Shown one piece after another: positions 30,501 through 37,998 of a DNA stretch of 64,000 nt. The DNA is taken from positions 248,001 to 312,000 of IMG/VR virus record IMGVR_UViG_3300035182_002586; one strand, written 5' to 3'. Both the position numbers and the translations under genes were made by a program. The notes under the pieces are model-generated. The model was not told the origin of the DNA. It made no database searches and saw only the letters and a program-made list of their open reading frames with translations. Each line of letters starts with the position of its first letter. The first letter of the stretch is position 1.

Positions 30501-31081
30501 TTCAAGAAGCCCTTAGCGGCTCCTGCCATATCTCGTGAACCGATGCCGGAGAGGGCATCGGTGATGCCCTCTCCGACCTCGACACCTGCATCGGACCACT
30601 TGTACTTGACGATGGACTTGAAGGCGTCCTCCACCTCTCGCCGAAGATTCTCCCCCATCTCCTCAGTGGCTTCCTCGAAAGCCTTGCCGATGTTGGCGGT
30701 CTTCTGGAGCTTGCCGATCTCCTGCAACAGTTCGAGTTCTTTCTCGTGTTCTTTGATCTCCCTCTTGATTCCTTTGAGGGTCGCCCCAGAGGCCGAGATC
30801 GATGCCGCCTTGTTCTCGTTGATCTGCTGGTTCAACGTACGCAAACGCAAGTTGAGTTGATCGACCTGCTTGTACGAGAGCTTCAAGCCCTTGGCGTAGT
30901 CCGTCCCGAGCTTGTGGGAGACCTTCAGGAGCTTCTCTGTGAGTACGTTGACGCCCTTGGTCGCCTTGGCGATGCGATCAAACTCGCGCTTGTACTTCTT
31001 CTGGACAGCCGCGACCTGCGCCTGTGCGCGCTTGCCGTCGATGTCGAGTGTAAATGAGAGTACTTCGGTGTCTTCGGCCAC
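27566..31081 (-). CDS. Tape measure protein
   Basis: 1171 aa, helical, Ala/Gly/Lys-rich, located after two chaperone-like genes and the tube. Confidence 0.8.
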   Translation of the reverse strand: MAEDTEVLSFTLDIDGKRAQAQVAAVQKKYKREFDRIAKATKGVNVLTEKLLKVSHKLGTDYAKGLKLSYKQVDQLNLRLRTLNQQINENKAASISASGATLKGIKREIKEHEKELELLQEIGKLQKTANIGKAFEEATEEMGENLRREVEDAFKSIVKYKWSDAGVEVGEGITDALSGIGSRDMAGAAKGFLKGISGGFKGLGAAATRYAAKKQADPGASGFGKAMGKAMGKMGPMLETLSKLGPILGAVSGVMMAVVKLFLDAEAGAKQFNKDLLSSTSTSEYLASNLGNASAAAADLEETIREVRDAAFSLDNLDWGINNKDHLAVLNTLNAEGVSLKHMKDEAERAGKSMGNFSATMTHVAVAYSRNFGVSLNEISSLQAEMMTELGGSLASTTKDFAAMQMGAAEAGIASNKFFNIIKGVSSDLSLYNMRMEDAVHMLTLLGKVMSPRNAQKFLQTTMQGFKTMGRAEKLRMTLLAGQGATKDIVERDLNRKTKSLAEKIKDAMGGKGNVEDIANAIKAGGQGAKDIISKLPKEMQGEISEAASQIKIDSKRSKRGLFGLSTATGNLGAGGVFEMYKKSIGRFGGKKLEDAAGSLGGEMMAENLGISQEQLDQAIKFEQAIDDQKEALIAQGWDKKKVDSMETDEVLDTMSKEDKDTLLNAGKQIDYAKKQADLTSSLLDKLDTIMDYILNYIYDTLADIYSLLGQAPIFKSFVDPKKMEAINLRNIMKYNKKSSDPTVQAAYKKSGGDMKKMSAELVSGFKKQFEERGDTIERLEKQAGQTSDPKEKKKLLDQAAVLKKQQASEQGDIEHSARLDDRSKLDALGSLKGYSKDMDKVIAEARDFYAENGDEMGLPDIEVIAKNAGVKLDAEDKAAYLGALLEQGPTTYMNGEHVGEGGLEDDEQVQYLINSLDQLHKKAAKESGAPPEVAGESKMSTVAMPVGGAPAVGGGAANKVPVTIPTATGTGGTPATNKVPVAGGPPVPASSKDAPPTGKQAEASNDTLTDIHKEAVAAKKFDKGSGANSLKGKIEDATLESVRTALFEYYLYSGFDRKDVAAAMASGKSIKDITEQTMDLAKKQGSTFNPQTAGVQLVEPNAAGGTVMRPAPGEAFASVAPGETIVPKGGKGGAAVIQNFNGPPSAEFESYIKNGTIKLIAEYERRKKFQ

Positions 31082-31087
31082 GGGTCA

Positions 31088-32371
31088 TCACCTCCGGAAG
31101 GGAGTCTGCCTGGGCCGGCTCTGGTGCACCGGCATCGCGTTCGAGGGGTCGTCGTCGCTCATGGGGATGTTGCCAGGGGACAACCCCCACTTCTCCTTGA
31201 ACGCTTCGTCCTTTTCGGCGTCCGACCCGGGCTGATTGACAGGGACGATACGCTGCGCGGCGAGCTGCGCCTCGTAGGTCCGCTGACGTTCGGCCCGCTG
31301 ACGTACCTCTGCCGCTGTGATCCCTCGCATGTCAGTCCCACCGGAAAGAAAACGATTCCCCATCTCTTCCTGGTGGGTACGCGCGAGTTCCACGATCCGC
31401 TGCTTCTGTTCGTACTCGGCGCGTTTCACTTCGTGCTGCGCCTGGTCCACCACGAAGTCGTGGAAGTCCTTCTCTCCACGGAGGTCCCGTGTGAGCTGCT
31501 CTGCTAGTTCCTCCGCGGTGTGGGCGACGACCAAGACGGCTCCGTTCTTCTGAAGACGTTCGCCGTTGGGGTCCTCTCCAAGAACCACCTCCCGGAGAAC
31601 GGCGTCCTTACGTGCCAGCCGTTGCTCCCGGTCTTTCTGCCGACGGTCGCTATCTTGCTGGTAGACCTTGGAGATGCCCTTCCCGGCCATGCAGGAGCCG
31701 ATGAACTTCGCGTTCTCCCACTCCCGCTCGTGCTGCTCCTTGAGGTCCTCGAACTGGTTCACAGCCCTCCACGTGAGCTGCCCCCAGTTGAGACCTAGAC
31801 GATCCGTACCCTCGATGCCGGTGACAGCGGTGGTCGTCAGGTCGAGCCCCTTGAGCTGCACCCAGCGGTAGCGGGACTGCCACTCCATGGCGAACGCCTC
31901 CGTCAAACGGATGGCGTTCGTCGCTCGACGATTGACCTCAGAAAGCGGGCGGATAATCCGCTCTCTGGCCGGGCGTGGGATGTCGTCGAAGAGTCTGACG
32001 AGTTGCTGGACAGATTTCGCACGATCTGCCAGCACGTTGATCCCGTCGAAGAGGAACACGCTATACGCCAGGAACACGTTCCAGAACCTCTGCGTGTGCC
32101 CCTCGATGGTCCCCGAGACCATGTTGATCCGCTCGAACTCGTGGTGGTTGAGCGACTTGAACACGATCGGCACGTCGTTGACGGTGGCGTGTGCGGTGAG
32201 GAACCCGCGAAACAGGATCGGCTCCACGTCCTTGTAGACGATGGGGTTGACTTCGGGGTCCTTGGGGACCTCAATGACGAGATCCTCCTCCGAAGGCGTG
32301 CCTTCTTGCTGCCGGCGCAGTTTCGCCTGCTCGGCCTGATACTCGGGATCCCTTGCGTCAGCCGCGTTCAC
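31088..32371 (-). CDS. Tail assembly chaperone-like protein 2
   Basis: Position between the first chaperone and the tape measure gene; IVFKSLNHHEF resembles VVLRNLRPDEY of the upstream gene. Confidence 0.5.
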   Translation of the reverse strand: MNAADARDPEYQAEQAKLRRQQEGTPSEEDLVIEVPKDPEVNPIVYKDVEPILFRGFLTAHATVNDVPIVFKSLNHHEFERINMVSGTIEGHTQRFWNVFLAYSVFLFDGINVLADRAKSVQQLVRLFDDIPRPARERIIRPLSEVNRRATNAIRLTEAFAMEWQSRYRWVQLKGLDLTTTAVTGIEGTDRLGLNWGQLTWRAVNQFEDLKEQHEREWENAKFIGSCMAGKGISKVYQQDSDRRQKDREQRLARKDAVLREVVLGEDPNGERLQKNGAVLVVAHTAEELAEQLTRDLRGEKDFHDFVVDQAQHEVKRAEYEQKQRIVELARTHQEEMGNRFLSGGTDMRGITAAEVRQRAERQRTYEAQLAAQRIVPVNQPGSDAEKDEAFKEKWGLSPGNIPMSDDDPSNAMPVHQSRPRQTPFRR

Positions 32372-32377
32372 GGCCGA

Positions 32378-33541
32378 CTACCTCGGCGGCGGCCGGTACA
32401 GAGGATTCAGACCGGCCGGCGGAGCGGGGTCGATGGTGGGGAGAACGGCTGCGGGATCCGGGCGATCGTTCGACCGGCCCGTGAGCACAGGGATCTCCTG
32501 CGGTGCCTGCTGGCGGTCCATGGACGACCCCGCAAGAAGGTTGGCTACACCGGGATCGCCTTCGGCCTCCAGGGCGGCGATGCGTGCCGACCGGCTGAGG
32601 GCGACGGGCCCACCACCAGCCTGCGGAGTGTTGAGCACGGCCGGAGCCTGCACGTACGGCTGCTGACGCGCGACCGGGGCCTGCTGGACCGGGGCCTGCG
32701 CCTGTGGGGCCGGAGCCTGCGGAGCCCATCGAGGAACGGGGACAGGGGCGGGCTCTGCCTGACGGTTGAGCGGGACCCTCGTGCGCATGAGCTTCACGGG
32801 GTCCGCTGCCAGTGCAGCGGGGTCCACCTTCGGCGTCTGTTCCGGTGCGACCTCTTCGGGCGCCGGGTCGGCGGCTACCGGGGCCGGAGCCTGCGGAGTC
32901 GGGGCGACAGGGACCGGCGCGACCGAAGCGAGCTGGTCGTCGATGTTCTTGGCCTGCTCTGCCGTCGTGTGGTGCATGAACCCGAACTCGACGAGCGTGC
33001 GCTCCACCAGCTCCGGGGGCAGGTCACCCTCAGTGTCCTTGATCTCTCCGAGGAGGCGCCGGAAGCGCTCTTCCTGAGTCTCTTCCGAGACGATGAACTT
33101 GATGCCTTCCTTCGAGCGCCTCTCGGCCTCGGCAACGGCATCCCCGAACTTGCGGTAGGCCACGTACAGGATCTCTTTCGACCATGTGTCGACGAGGTAC
33201 TTCCGTACATAGGAGTGAAGCTCCAGCTTCACCGTCTTGATCTTGTTGATGTCCTTGGGGTCCGGTTCGTCGACCTCGACGAACTTCACATCCCGAAGGC
33301 TCTGCCCGTTGACCTCACAGAGGGCACGTGAGACGTGCGCCTTCTGGAAGGTGTACAGGTACTCCATCCCTTCGAGGCCCTTGCAGTCGTTGAGGGCGAG
33401 TTCGTACTCGTCGGGACGAAGGTTGCGGAGGACGACCTCGCAGTCGTCGCTCAGAGAGAACCGCTCCTCGTAGAGCCCGAGTCCACGCGCCTTGTCTACG
33501 GCCCCTGCGAGGGTCTTGGCCGAAATCGTGCTGCTCCCCAT
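32378..33541 (-). CDS. Tail assembly chaperone-like protein 1
   Basis: Directly downstream of the tube gene; Pro/Ala/Gln-rich C-terminal half. Confidence 0.5.
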   Translation of the reverse strand: MGSSTISAKTLAGAVDKARGLGLYEERFSLSDDCEVVLRNLRPDEYELALNDCKGLEGMEYLYTFQKAHVSRALCEVNGQSLRDVKFVEVDEPDPKDINKIKTVKLELHSYVRKYLVDTWSKEILYVAYRKFGDAVAEAERRSKEGIKFIVSEETQEERFRRLLGEIKDTEGDLPPELVERTLVEFGFMHHTTAEQAKNIDDQLASVAPVPVAPTPQAPAPVAADPAPEEVAPEQTPKVDPAALAADPVKLMRTRVPLNRQAEPAPVPVPRWAPQAPAPQAQAPVQQAPVARQQPYVQAPAVLNTPQAGGGPVALSRSARIAALEAEGDPGVANLLAGSSMDRQQAPQEIPVLTGRSNDRPDPAAVLPTIDPAPPAGLNPLYRPPPR

Positions 33542-33611
33542 TTGATCTCTTCTCCATCTGAGACGAGTGGGGTGGCAGAGCCATCGCTGGGGATCGACTG
33601 CTGCGGCTTAC

Positions 33612-33639
33612 GGGTGGACCTCCGAATGAAGGTCCACCC
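33612..33639 (-). other. Perfect 10-bp hairpin between tube and chaperone genes
   Basis: GGGTGGACCT-8 nt-AGGTCCACCC in a 159-bp intergenic gap; no U-tract. Confidence 0.55.
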
Positions 33640-33700
33640 TCTCCGCCGCGTTTCCATTCGATTCCATCTGTGGCTCCGCCACCATTCTCGTCGGTTACGA

Positions 33701-34402
33701 CTACAGAAGGGCGGACGATGCCGAGGTGCCGCCCGCGAAGCGGATGGACCACGTTTGCCCAGGGCCGCCGGTGCCGGCTGCCGCGAGGCCCGTGTCGACG
33801 AACTCGCCGTACTGCGAGGTGCCATCGATCACGTCGGTGACCGTGACGGAGCTGTTCTCGGCGACGACTGCCGCGTCGCTCGTGTAGCTCGCTGAGTACG
33901 AGTTCAGCCAGCAGCCCTCGAAGAACGTGAAGAGGGCCTTCACGGTCACGATCGGGCTCTCGGGGCCGGACTGGATGGTCGCGTTCTTCACGCCCGGGCC
34001 GACGCTCTCTTCCTTGGAAGAGATCTCGGAGAAGACGATCTCCTGCTTGATGTCGAACGGCCACCGGTGATGCCGGAGCGAACGCACCAAGCCGTCGATC
34101 CCGCCCTTGTACCCGACCACCTGGAACACGTTCGCGGCGTAGAGCAGCGTGCGGTTCAAGGTGAGGGTCATCGGTTCGGTGACACCGGGCACCAGCTCGG
34201 CGATCTGGTCGCCGAAGCCGACGCCACGCACCGGGTCGACCGCGCGGGACTCGTCGTGCCCGAACTCGGACACTGCCCCGAGCTGCTGGAAGGACTTGGA
34301 ACCTACGGAGTAACCGTAGATCTTGTTCTTCTGGGAGACGACGGCCCTGGTGTTCGGGGCGGTCCCCATGCGGTAGATGTAGTTGCTAGTGGGGACGGGC
34401 AT
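33701..34402 (-). CDS. Tail tube protein
   Basis: LGAVSEF...DPVRGVGFGDQIAELVPG...LTLNRTLLY...FDIKQEI...FEGCWLNSYSASY...VAENSSVTV is a typical myovirus tube pattern. Confidence 0.75.
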   Translation of the reverse strand: MPVPTSNYIYRMGTAPNTRAVVSQKNKIYGYSVGSKSFQQLGAVSEFGHDESRAVDPVRGVGFGDQIAELVPGVTEPMTLTLNRTLLYAANVFQVVGYKGGIDGLVRSLRHHRWPFDIKQEIVFSEISSKEESVGPGVKNATIQSGPESPIVTVKALFTFFEGCWLNSYSASYTSDAAVVAENSSVTVTDVIDGTSQYGEFVDTGLAAAGTGGPGQTWSIRFAGGTSASSALL

Positions 34403-34454
34403 GTTGATTCAATACCTTCCTACGGGGGTGCCGGTTGGTCCGTGGGGGAGAGGA

Positions 34455-35375
34455 TCAGGCGTCCGCCGGGAAGAGTGCGGCGATCTCGCTCGCGCTCTTC
34501 GAGAGCGCCTGGAGGTCGTCCTTGAGCCACGTGTTGGCGAGATCGACGCTTGCGCAGATCTCACTGACACGGGATGCGATCTTGGTGAGGTCACCCTTCG
34601 CCTTGGCGGCGTTGAAGCGCTTGCCCGCTGCGACGAGGCGATCGATCTTCCCGTTCGTCGCATCGAGGGTGCGGAGGGTCTGATCGACGAGTGCCGTGTT
34701 CGCCTTGAAGGCGTCGAACGACATCTTCGAGGTGCTCGCCTGCTTCTTGGCCTGCTCGGCCTGCTCTTCGGCGACCTGCTGCTCGGCAGCCTGCTTCTTG
34801 GCCTGCTCTTCGGCGACCTGCTGCTCGGCAGCCTGCTTCGCCTGCTCTTCGGCGACCTGCTGCTCGGCAGCCTGCTTGGCTGCACCGAACGAGCGCTCGG
34901 CCCAGGTGGCGATGGTACCGAGCTTCTGGACCCCGCCCTTCAGCAGCGCCGTCGCTGAGGCGTTGCCCAACGACGCTTCCTTCGCATGCTGGTTGAGGAG
35001 CGCGATGTGCTGCTCCAAATGGGCCGCCCATTGCTGGAGGGCTACCTTCTTTGCCTGGTCGATGTCCGCCATGGTGCTGCCTTCCCTCGGCTGTGAGGTC
35101 CGATCCCCCTGATAGATAAGTGGATCTGTGGACGAGCCGAAACGTGTGCGGGTAGGCGCCAGAAGCGCGAAAAACCGGTCGACATCGACCCGGATTCGGG
35201 CCTTGTCGCCGGCTAGGAACGCTTCAAGGGCTCGACGAGCCTCTCCCGTCGGAGCCAGCTCTGCTACGAGCTTGGACACAGAGGTCGTGCCGAGCATGTA
35301 CTTCGTACCGTCAGGCAACAGCGCCCAATCGCGCAGCCCGTCGGTCCCAAGCAACACGTCTACGAACGTCGCCAT
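34455..35375 (-). CDS. Hypothetical coiled-coil protein with AAEQQVAEEQ repeats (possible internal start at 35072)
   Basis: 306-aa ORF; in-frame ATG 35072 has a GAGGGAAGG SD-like sequence. Confidence 0.65.
   Translation of the reverse strand: MATFVDVLLGTDGLRDWALLPDGTKYMLGTTSVSKLVAELAPTGEARRALEAFLAGDKARIRVDVDRFFALLAPTRTRFGSSTDPLIYQGDRTSQPREGSTMADIDQAKKVALQQWAAHLEQHIALLNQHAKEASLGNASATALLKGGVQKLGTIATWAERSFGAAKQAAEQQVAEEQAKQAAEQQVAEEQAKKQAAEQQVAEEQAEQAKKQASTSKMSFDAFKANTALVDQTLRTLDATNGKIDRLVAAGKRFNAAKAKGDLTKIASRVSEICASVDLANTWLKDDLQALSKSASEIAALFPADA
34760..34878 (-). repeat. Three ~39-42-bp coding tandem repeats (AAEQQVAEEQAK[K]Q)
   Basis: Repeated gcctgctcttcggcgacctgctgctcggcagcctgcttc units. 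Confidence 0.85.
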
Positions 35376-35390
35376 CCCACCGCTTGGCGG

Positions 35391-35405
35391 CCGATGAGGA
35401 GATTA
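35391..35405 (-). promoter_or_regulatory. Candidate TA-N7-TATC-class promoter (TAATCTCCTCATCGG)
   Basis: 15 nt upstream of ATG 35375; matches a motif recurring before several genes. Confidence 0.4.
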
Positions 35406-35462
35406 GCGAGGCGCACGTTCAGGTAGGAGAGGCGGTGGCGGAGCCCCTCACGTTCGTTGGGG

Positions 35463-35669
35463 TCACCAGGGGAGGTCGTCGTCCTCTTCGAGGTCGATGT
35501 GGAACTCCACGTCATCCCCTTCAACGTGAACAACAGGGGGTGGGCAAGGCAGCGTGTCGCGCACGTAACACTCGTCACAAATGGCGTCACACTCGAACGT
35601 GCCCTCGTCAATAGACACCCGAGCATGGGTGAGTAGTGACGGGTTCTGCTTGCTGGTGATCATGTTCAT
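35463..35669 (-). CDS. Small protein with SSB-like acidic C-terminus (EEDDDLPW)
   Basis: GAGGGGG SD before ATG 35669; 68 aa; CxxxCxxC cluster. Confidence 0.5.
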   Translation of the reverse strand: MNMITSKQNPSLLTHARVSIDEGTFECDAICDECYVRDTLPCPPPVVHVEGDDVEFHIDLEEDDDLPW

Positions 35670-35703
35670 GCCCCCTCTACAACACGTGTACCCTTGTGAT
35701 CCA

Positions 35704-36567
35704 TCACACCCTTAGAAAAACTTCCATGAGGTGTGACAACAAGAGGGTCGTGCCCACAGAGGGTCCAGAGAGCCAGAGCCCATCCTCCCTCCACTCCGGA
35801 GGGCCTCCGATCGATCTCTCGATCTCGTTGAGGTACGCCGCAGCCCTCGTGAGATCGAATGCTACGTGGGGACTCTTGCGTGCAGCGAGCACGCGTCGCC
35901 GCCCATCTGCATCGGGCCCCACGACGAGCCCACGGAGAAACCCACGTCGGTACAGGTCGATCCAAGCATCGGGCAGAGGCCCGCTCGCCTGAGCCACCAC
36001 GAACCCGTTGGCCCCATGGTCGAGCACACGTGGCGGAGGTGCCTCAACACCCAGGTGTGGCAGAGTCCCGTCCATGAGGTACGACCTGACCCACCCCAAA
36101 GTCGTACCCAAGCGATCAGCGACCTCCCGCTTGCTGAGGGGTGTGTCCGGAAGGACGTAGGCGCGAAGAAGTCGCAGGAAGCGCTCGACGGGGACCTCGA
36201 CATGAGCGGCGTATGCGATACCGAGGCGGTGCGTTGCGTCCACGATCGCAACGAAAGGGGCCGTGGCGGGACTGATCGCTAGGTCCCGGTGCATGAACAA
36301 CGCGACCGCCACCACCGTGTCGATGCCCGCAATCGCACGCGTCTCGAACCGTAGAGGCAGGGCTCGGCCGAGGAGGAGGTCCTCGTAGAAGCGCTGGAGA
36401 GCCCCCGGGGAAGTCGTGTCGAACCCTGCGCCGTGGTGCTCGTAGGCGAACACCGAGGGGTCCCGCGTCTGCTCCGGGCTGGCACCGGTCTCGAAGGACA
36501 CGGCGCTTGTGGACGTGACCGGCACGTCCGGGCTCACGGACATCTCGAAGACCAGCTCGTGGGGCAT
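35704..36567 (-). CDS. Hypothetical protein, possibly DHH-superfamily phosphoesterase-like
   Basis: FAYEHHG (DHH-like) and IAGIDTVVAV (DxD-like) motifs. Confidence 0.5.
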   Translation of the reverse strand: MPHELVFEMSVSPDVPVTSTSAVSFETGASPEQTRDPSVFAYEHHGAGFDTTSPGALQRFYEDLLLGRALPLRFETRAIAGIDTVVAVALFMHRDLAISPATAPFVAIVDATHRLGIAYAAHVEVPVERFLRLLRAYVLPDTPLSKREVADRLGTTLGWVRSYLMDGTLPHLGVEAPPPRVLDHGANGFVVAQASGPLPDAWIDLYRRGFLRGLVVGPDADGRRRVLAARKSPHVAFDLTRAAAYLNEIERSIGGPPEWREDGLWLSGPSVGTTLLLSHLMEVFLRV

Positions 36568-36577
36568 GAGGTGAGCC

Positions 36578-36584
36578 TACACCG
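36578..36584 (-). promoter_or_regulatory. CGGTGTA candidate promoter (TA at -12, leaderless)
   Basis: CGGTG-TAGGCT-CACCTC-ATG; no SD between the motif and the start. Confidence 0.5.
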
Positions 36585-36595
36585 TCGTTAAAGGC

Positions 36596-36623
36596 CAAGG
36601 GCCGACGATCCCGCCGGCCCTTG
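36596..36623 (-). terminator. Hairpin downstream of HU gene
   Basis: CAAGGGCCG/CGGCCCTTG 9-bp stem 21 nt after the stop; weak U-tract. Confidence 0.45.
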
Positions 36624-36644
36624 AGTCCTTCCCACCGAAGGGAC

Positions 36645-36980
36645 CTACTGAACGCCGTCCTTGAGCGCCTTGACCGGCGTGGCCTTCACCTTCGTGGAGG
36701 CCGGCTTCGCCGCGATCTTGATCGGCTGCTTCGTGAACGGGTTCACGCCGTCCCGCGCGGGAGTCGCGGCCTTGTGGACCGCCTTGAGGCGGAGCAGGCC
36801 GGGGAGGACGACGACGCCCGGGCCCTTCGGACCCAACTCGCCACGCACGATGTCGGCGATGGCCGAGAGCGTCTGCTCGATGCTCGCCTTCGAGGTGCCG
36901 AGCTTCTCGGCGATCTCGCCGACGAACGCGCTCTTGGTCATGGGCTTCTTGGTGGGCGCCTTGCTGTTCTTGCTGGCCAT
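36645..36980 (-). CDS. hup: HU-like DNA-binding protein
   Basis: MTKSAFVGEIAEK...LPGLLRLK...ARDGVNPFTKQPIKIAAKPA..VK is the HU/IHF fold signature; AGAAGGA SD before ATG 36980. Confidence 0.9.
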   Translation of the reverse strand: MASKNSKAPTKKPMTKSAFVGEIAEKLGTSKASIEQTLSAIADIVRGELGPKGPGVVVLPGLLRLKAVHKAATPARDGVNPFTKQPIKIAAKPASTKVKATPVKALKDGVQ

Positions 36981-37084
36981 TTCGGTCCTTCTGGTTGAGT
37001 GGTGAGCCTGTGGTGCTACCCGCAGGCCGGGGTTGGATGCACGACCCCTACACCACACTGAGCCGATTTGGAGGGCAAAATGCG

Positions 37085-37306
37085 TCAGTCCAGGTCGGCC
37101 CCGTTCGTCAGAGCCCACTTTTCCACAGAAAACAGGTTCACCCGCTGGATTCGCACCTGGTTCTTCGCCAGCATCCGATGCAACAGGTGCGACGCCTTCG
37201 ATGGGGTCAGACCACTCAGCTCAGCTATCTCGGCGGTCGTTCGAGCACAGTCCGGGCGCAAGCAGGTCCGCACGAACGTCGTGATGTCTGCCTCCGTTTC
37301 CTGCAT
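37085..37306 (-). CDS. Small winged-helix DNA-binding protein
   Basis: TTAEIAELSGLTPSKASHLLHRM..KNQVRI; AAGGA SD. Confidence 0.55.
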   Translation of the reverse strand: MQETEADITTFVRTCLRPDCARTTAEIAELSGLTPSKASHLLHRMLAKNQVRIQRVNLFSVEKWALTNGADLD

Positions 37307-37392
37307 GGTTCACGTTCCTTGGAGCGGGTACACTTTCACCTGCCGGGTGGTTCCAGCACTCCTACTACCGCGCCAAGGGGGGCCGATCCATC

Positions 37393-37399
37393 CGGTGTA
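37393..37399 (+). promoter_or_regulatory. CGGTGTA candidate promoter
   Basis: Upstream of ATG 37414 and followed by a GAGGTGAGG SD. Confidence 0.4.
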
Positions 37400-37413
37400 T
37401 CGAGGTGAGGGCG

Positions 37414-37611
37414 ATGGCGATTCGGAAACCGCTCAAGAAAGGCGAGGACGTGGAGATCGTCCCCACAGGCCAGAAGTACGTCGTGCTCGCCGATCAGGAT
37501 GGGGATCAGATCCGCTGCAAGCCCAAGGAGGGTGGGGTCGAGATCGTCCTGCACCTACGGGCCATCCGTCGTGTGCGCACACGCGCAACGACCGTCATGA
37601 TCAAGAGGTAG
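37414..37611 (+). CDS. Small SH3/KOW-like hypothetical protein
   Basis: LKKGEDVEIVPTGQKYVVL is a beta-barrel-like pattern; good SD. Confidence 0.55.
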   Translation: MAIRKPLKKGEDVEIVPTGQKYVVLADQDGDQIRCKPKEGGVEIVLHLRAIRRVRTRATTVMIKR

Positions 37612-37613
37612 CT

Positions 37614-37973
37614 GTGGCTCGGATCGTAGTCTGCGCTGTCGATGTGACGGCGAAACAGCTTCTCTCCCTAGGGACAGACGAACGCCTTCGGTCGGTCACG
37701 GACGCCTTGAAGGTGGAACGGGTCGGTGGACGCCTCACCGTTTCGGTCGATGAAGCGGGGCGGATCCACATAGAGTTCGATGCCCACGGGGCCAGTGACC
37801 CTGTTGTGGAGGCTCAGACTCCACCGATCGAAGAGCCCGGAGAGAAGCTGGAGACGGAGGATCTGCGGCTCACCGTTGACCCTCCGGAGATCTTGATCGC
37901 CGTGCCCACAGAGGAAGAGATGCAGCAGTACGGCACCCTGGAGCCGGACAAGGGCACCACCTCGACGACATGA
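37614..37973 (+). CDS. Hypothetical protein
   Basis: GTG 37614 with a GAGG SD, 2 nt after the upstream stop; acidic C-terminal half. Confidence 0.55.
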   Translation: MARIVVCAVDVTAKQLLSLGTDERLRSVTDALKVERVGGRLTVSVDEAGRIHIEFDAHGASDPVVEAQTPPIEEPGEKLETEDLRLTVDPPEILIAVPTEEEMQQYGTLEPDKGTTSTT

Positions 37974-37980
37974 CCCCCCT

Positions 37981-37987
37981 CGGTGTA
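37981..37987 (+). promoter_or_regulatory. CGGTGTA candidate promoter
   Basis: TA at -13 relative to ATG 37999. Confidence 0.45.
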
Positions 37988-37998
37988 AGAGGGGGGTC

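Noticed and set aside
31088-33541. Programmed frameshift between the tail assembly chaperones
   Set aside because: Both are long separate ORFs; the second has its own GTG start 6 nt after the first stop, and no slippery heptamer was seen.
293-34064. Many long ORFs opposite or overlapping the tail genes (e.g. 331-1308, 12520-14241, 16048-17145, 19536-21245, 27164-28696, 32003-33331)
   Set aside because: Shadow ORFs of high-GC coding sequence: Arg/Gly/Pro-rich translations, no motifs, and fully overlapping well-supported genes.
36990-37056. tRNA-like appearance (stem-loops ending ...ACCA; minus-frame translation WCRGRASNPG)
   Set aside because: No TTCGA T-loop, no 7-bp acceptor stem and no recognisable anticodon arm; retained only as a possible leader structure.
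37068-37613. N-terminal half of the 301-aa ORF 37068-37973
   Set aside because: It overlaps better-supported small genes; only the part from GTG 37614 is considered real.
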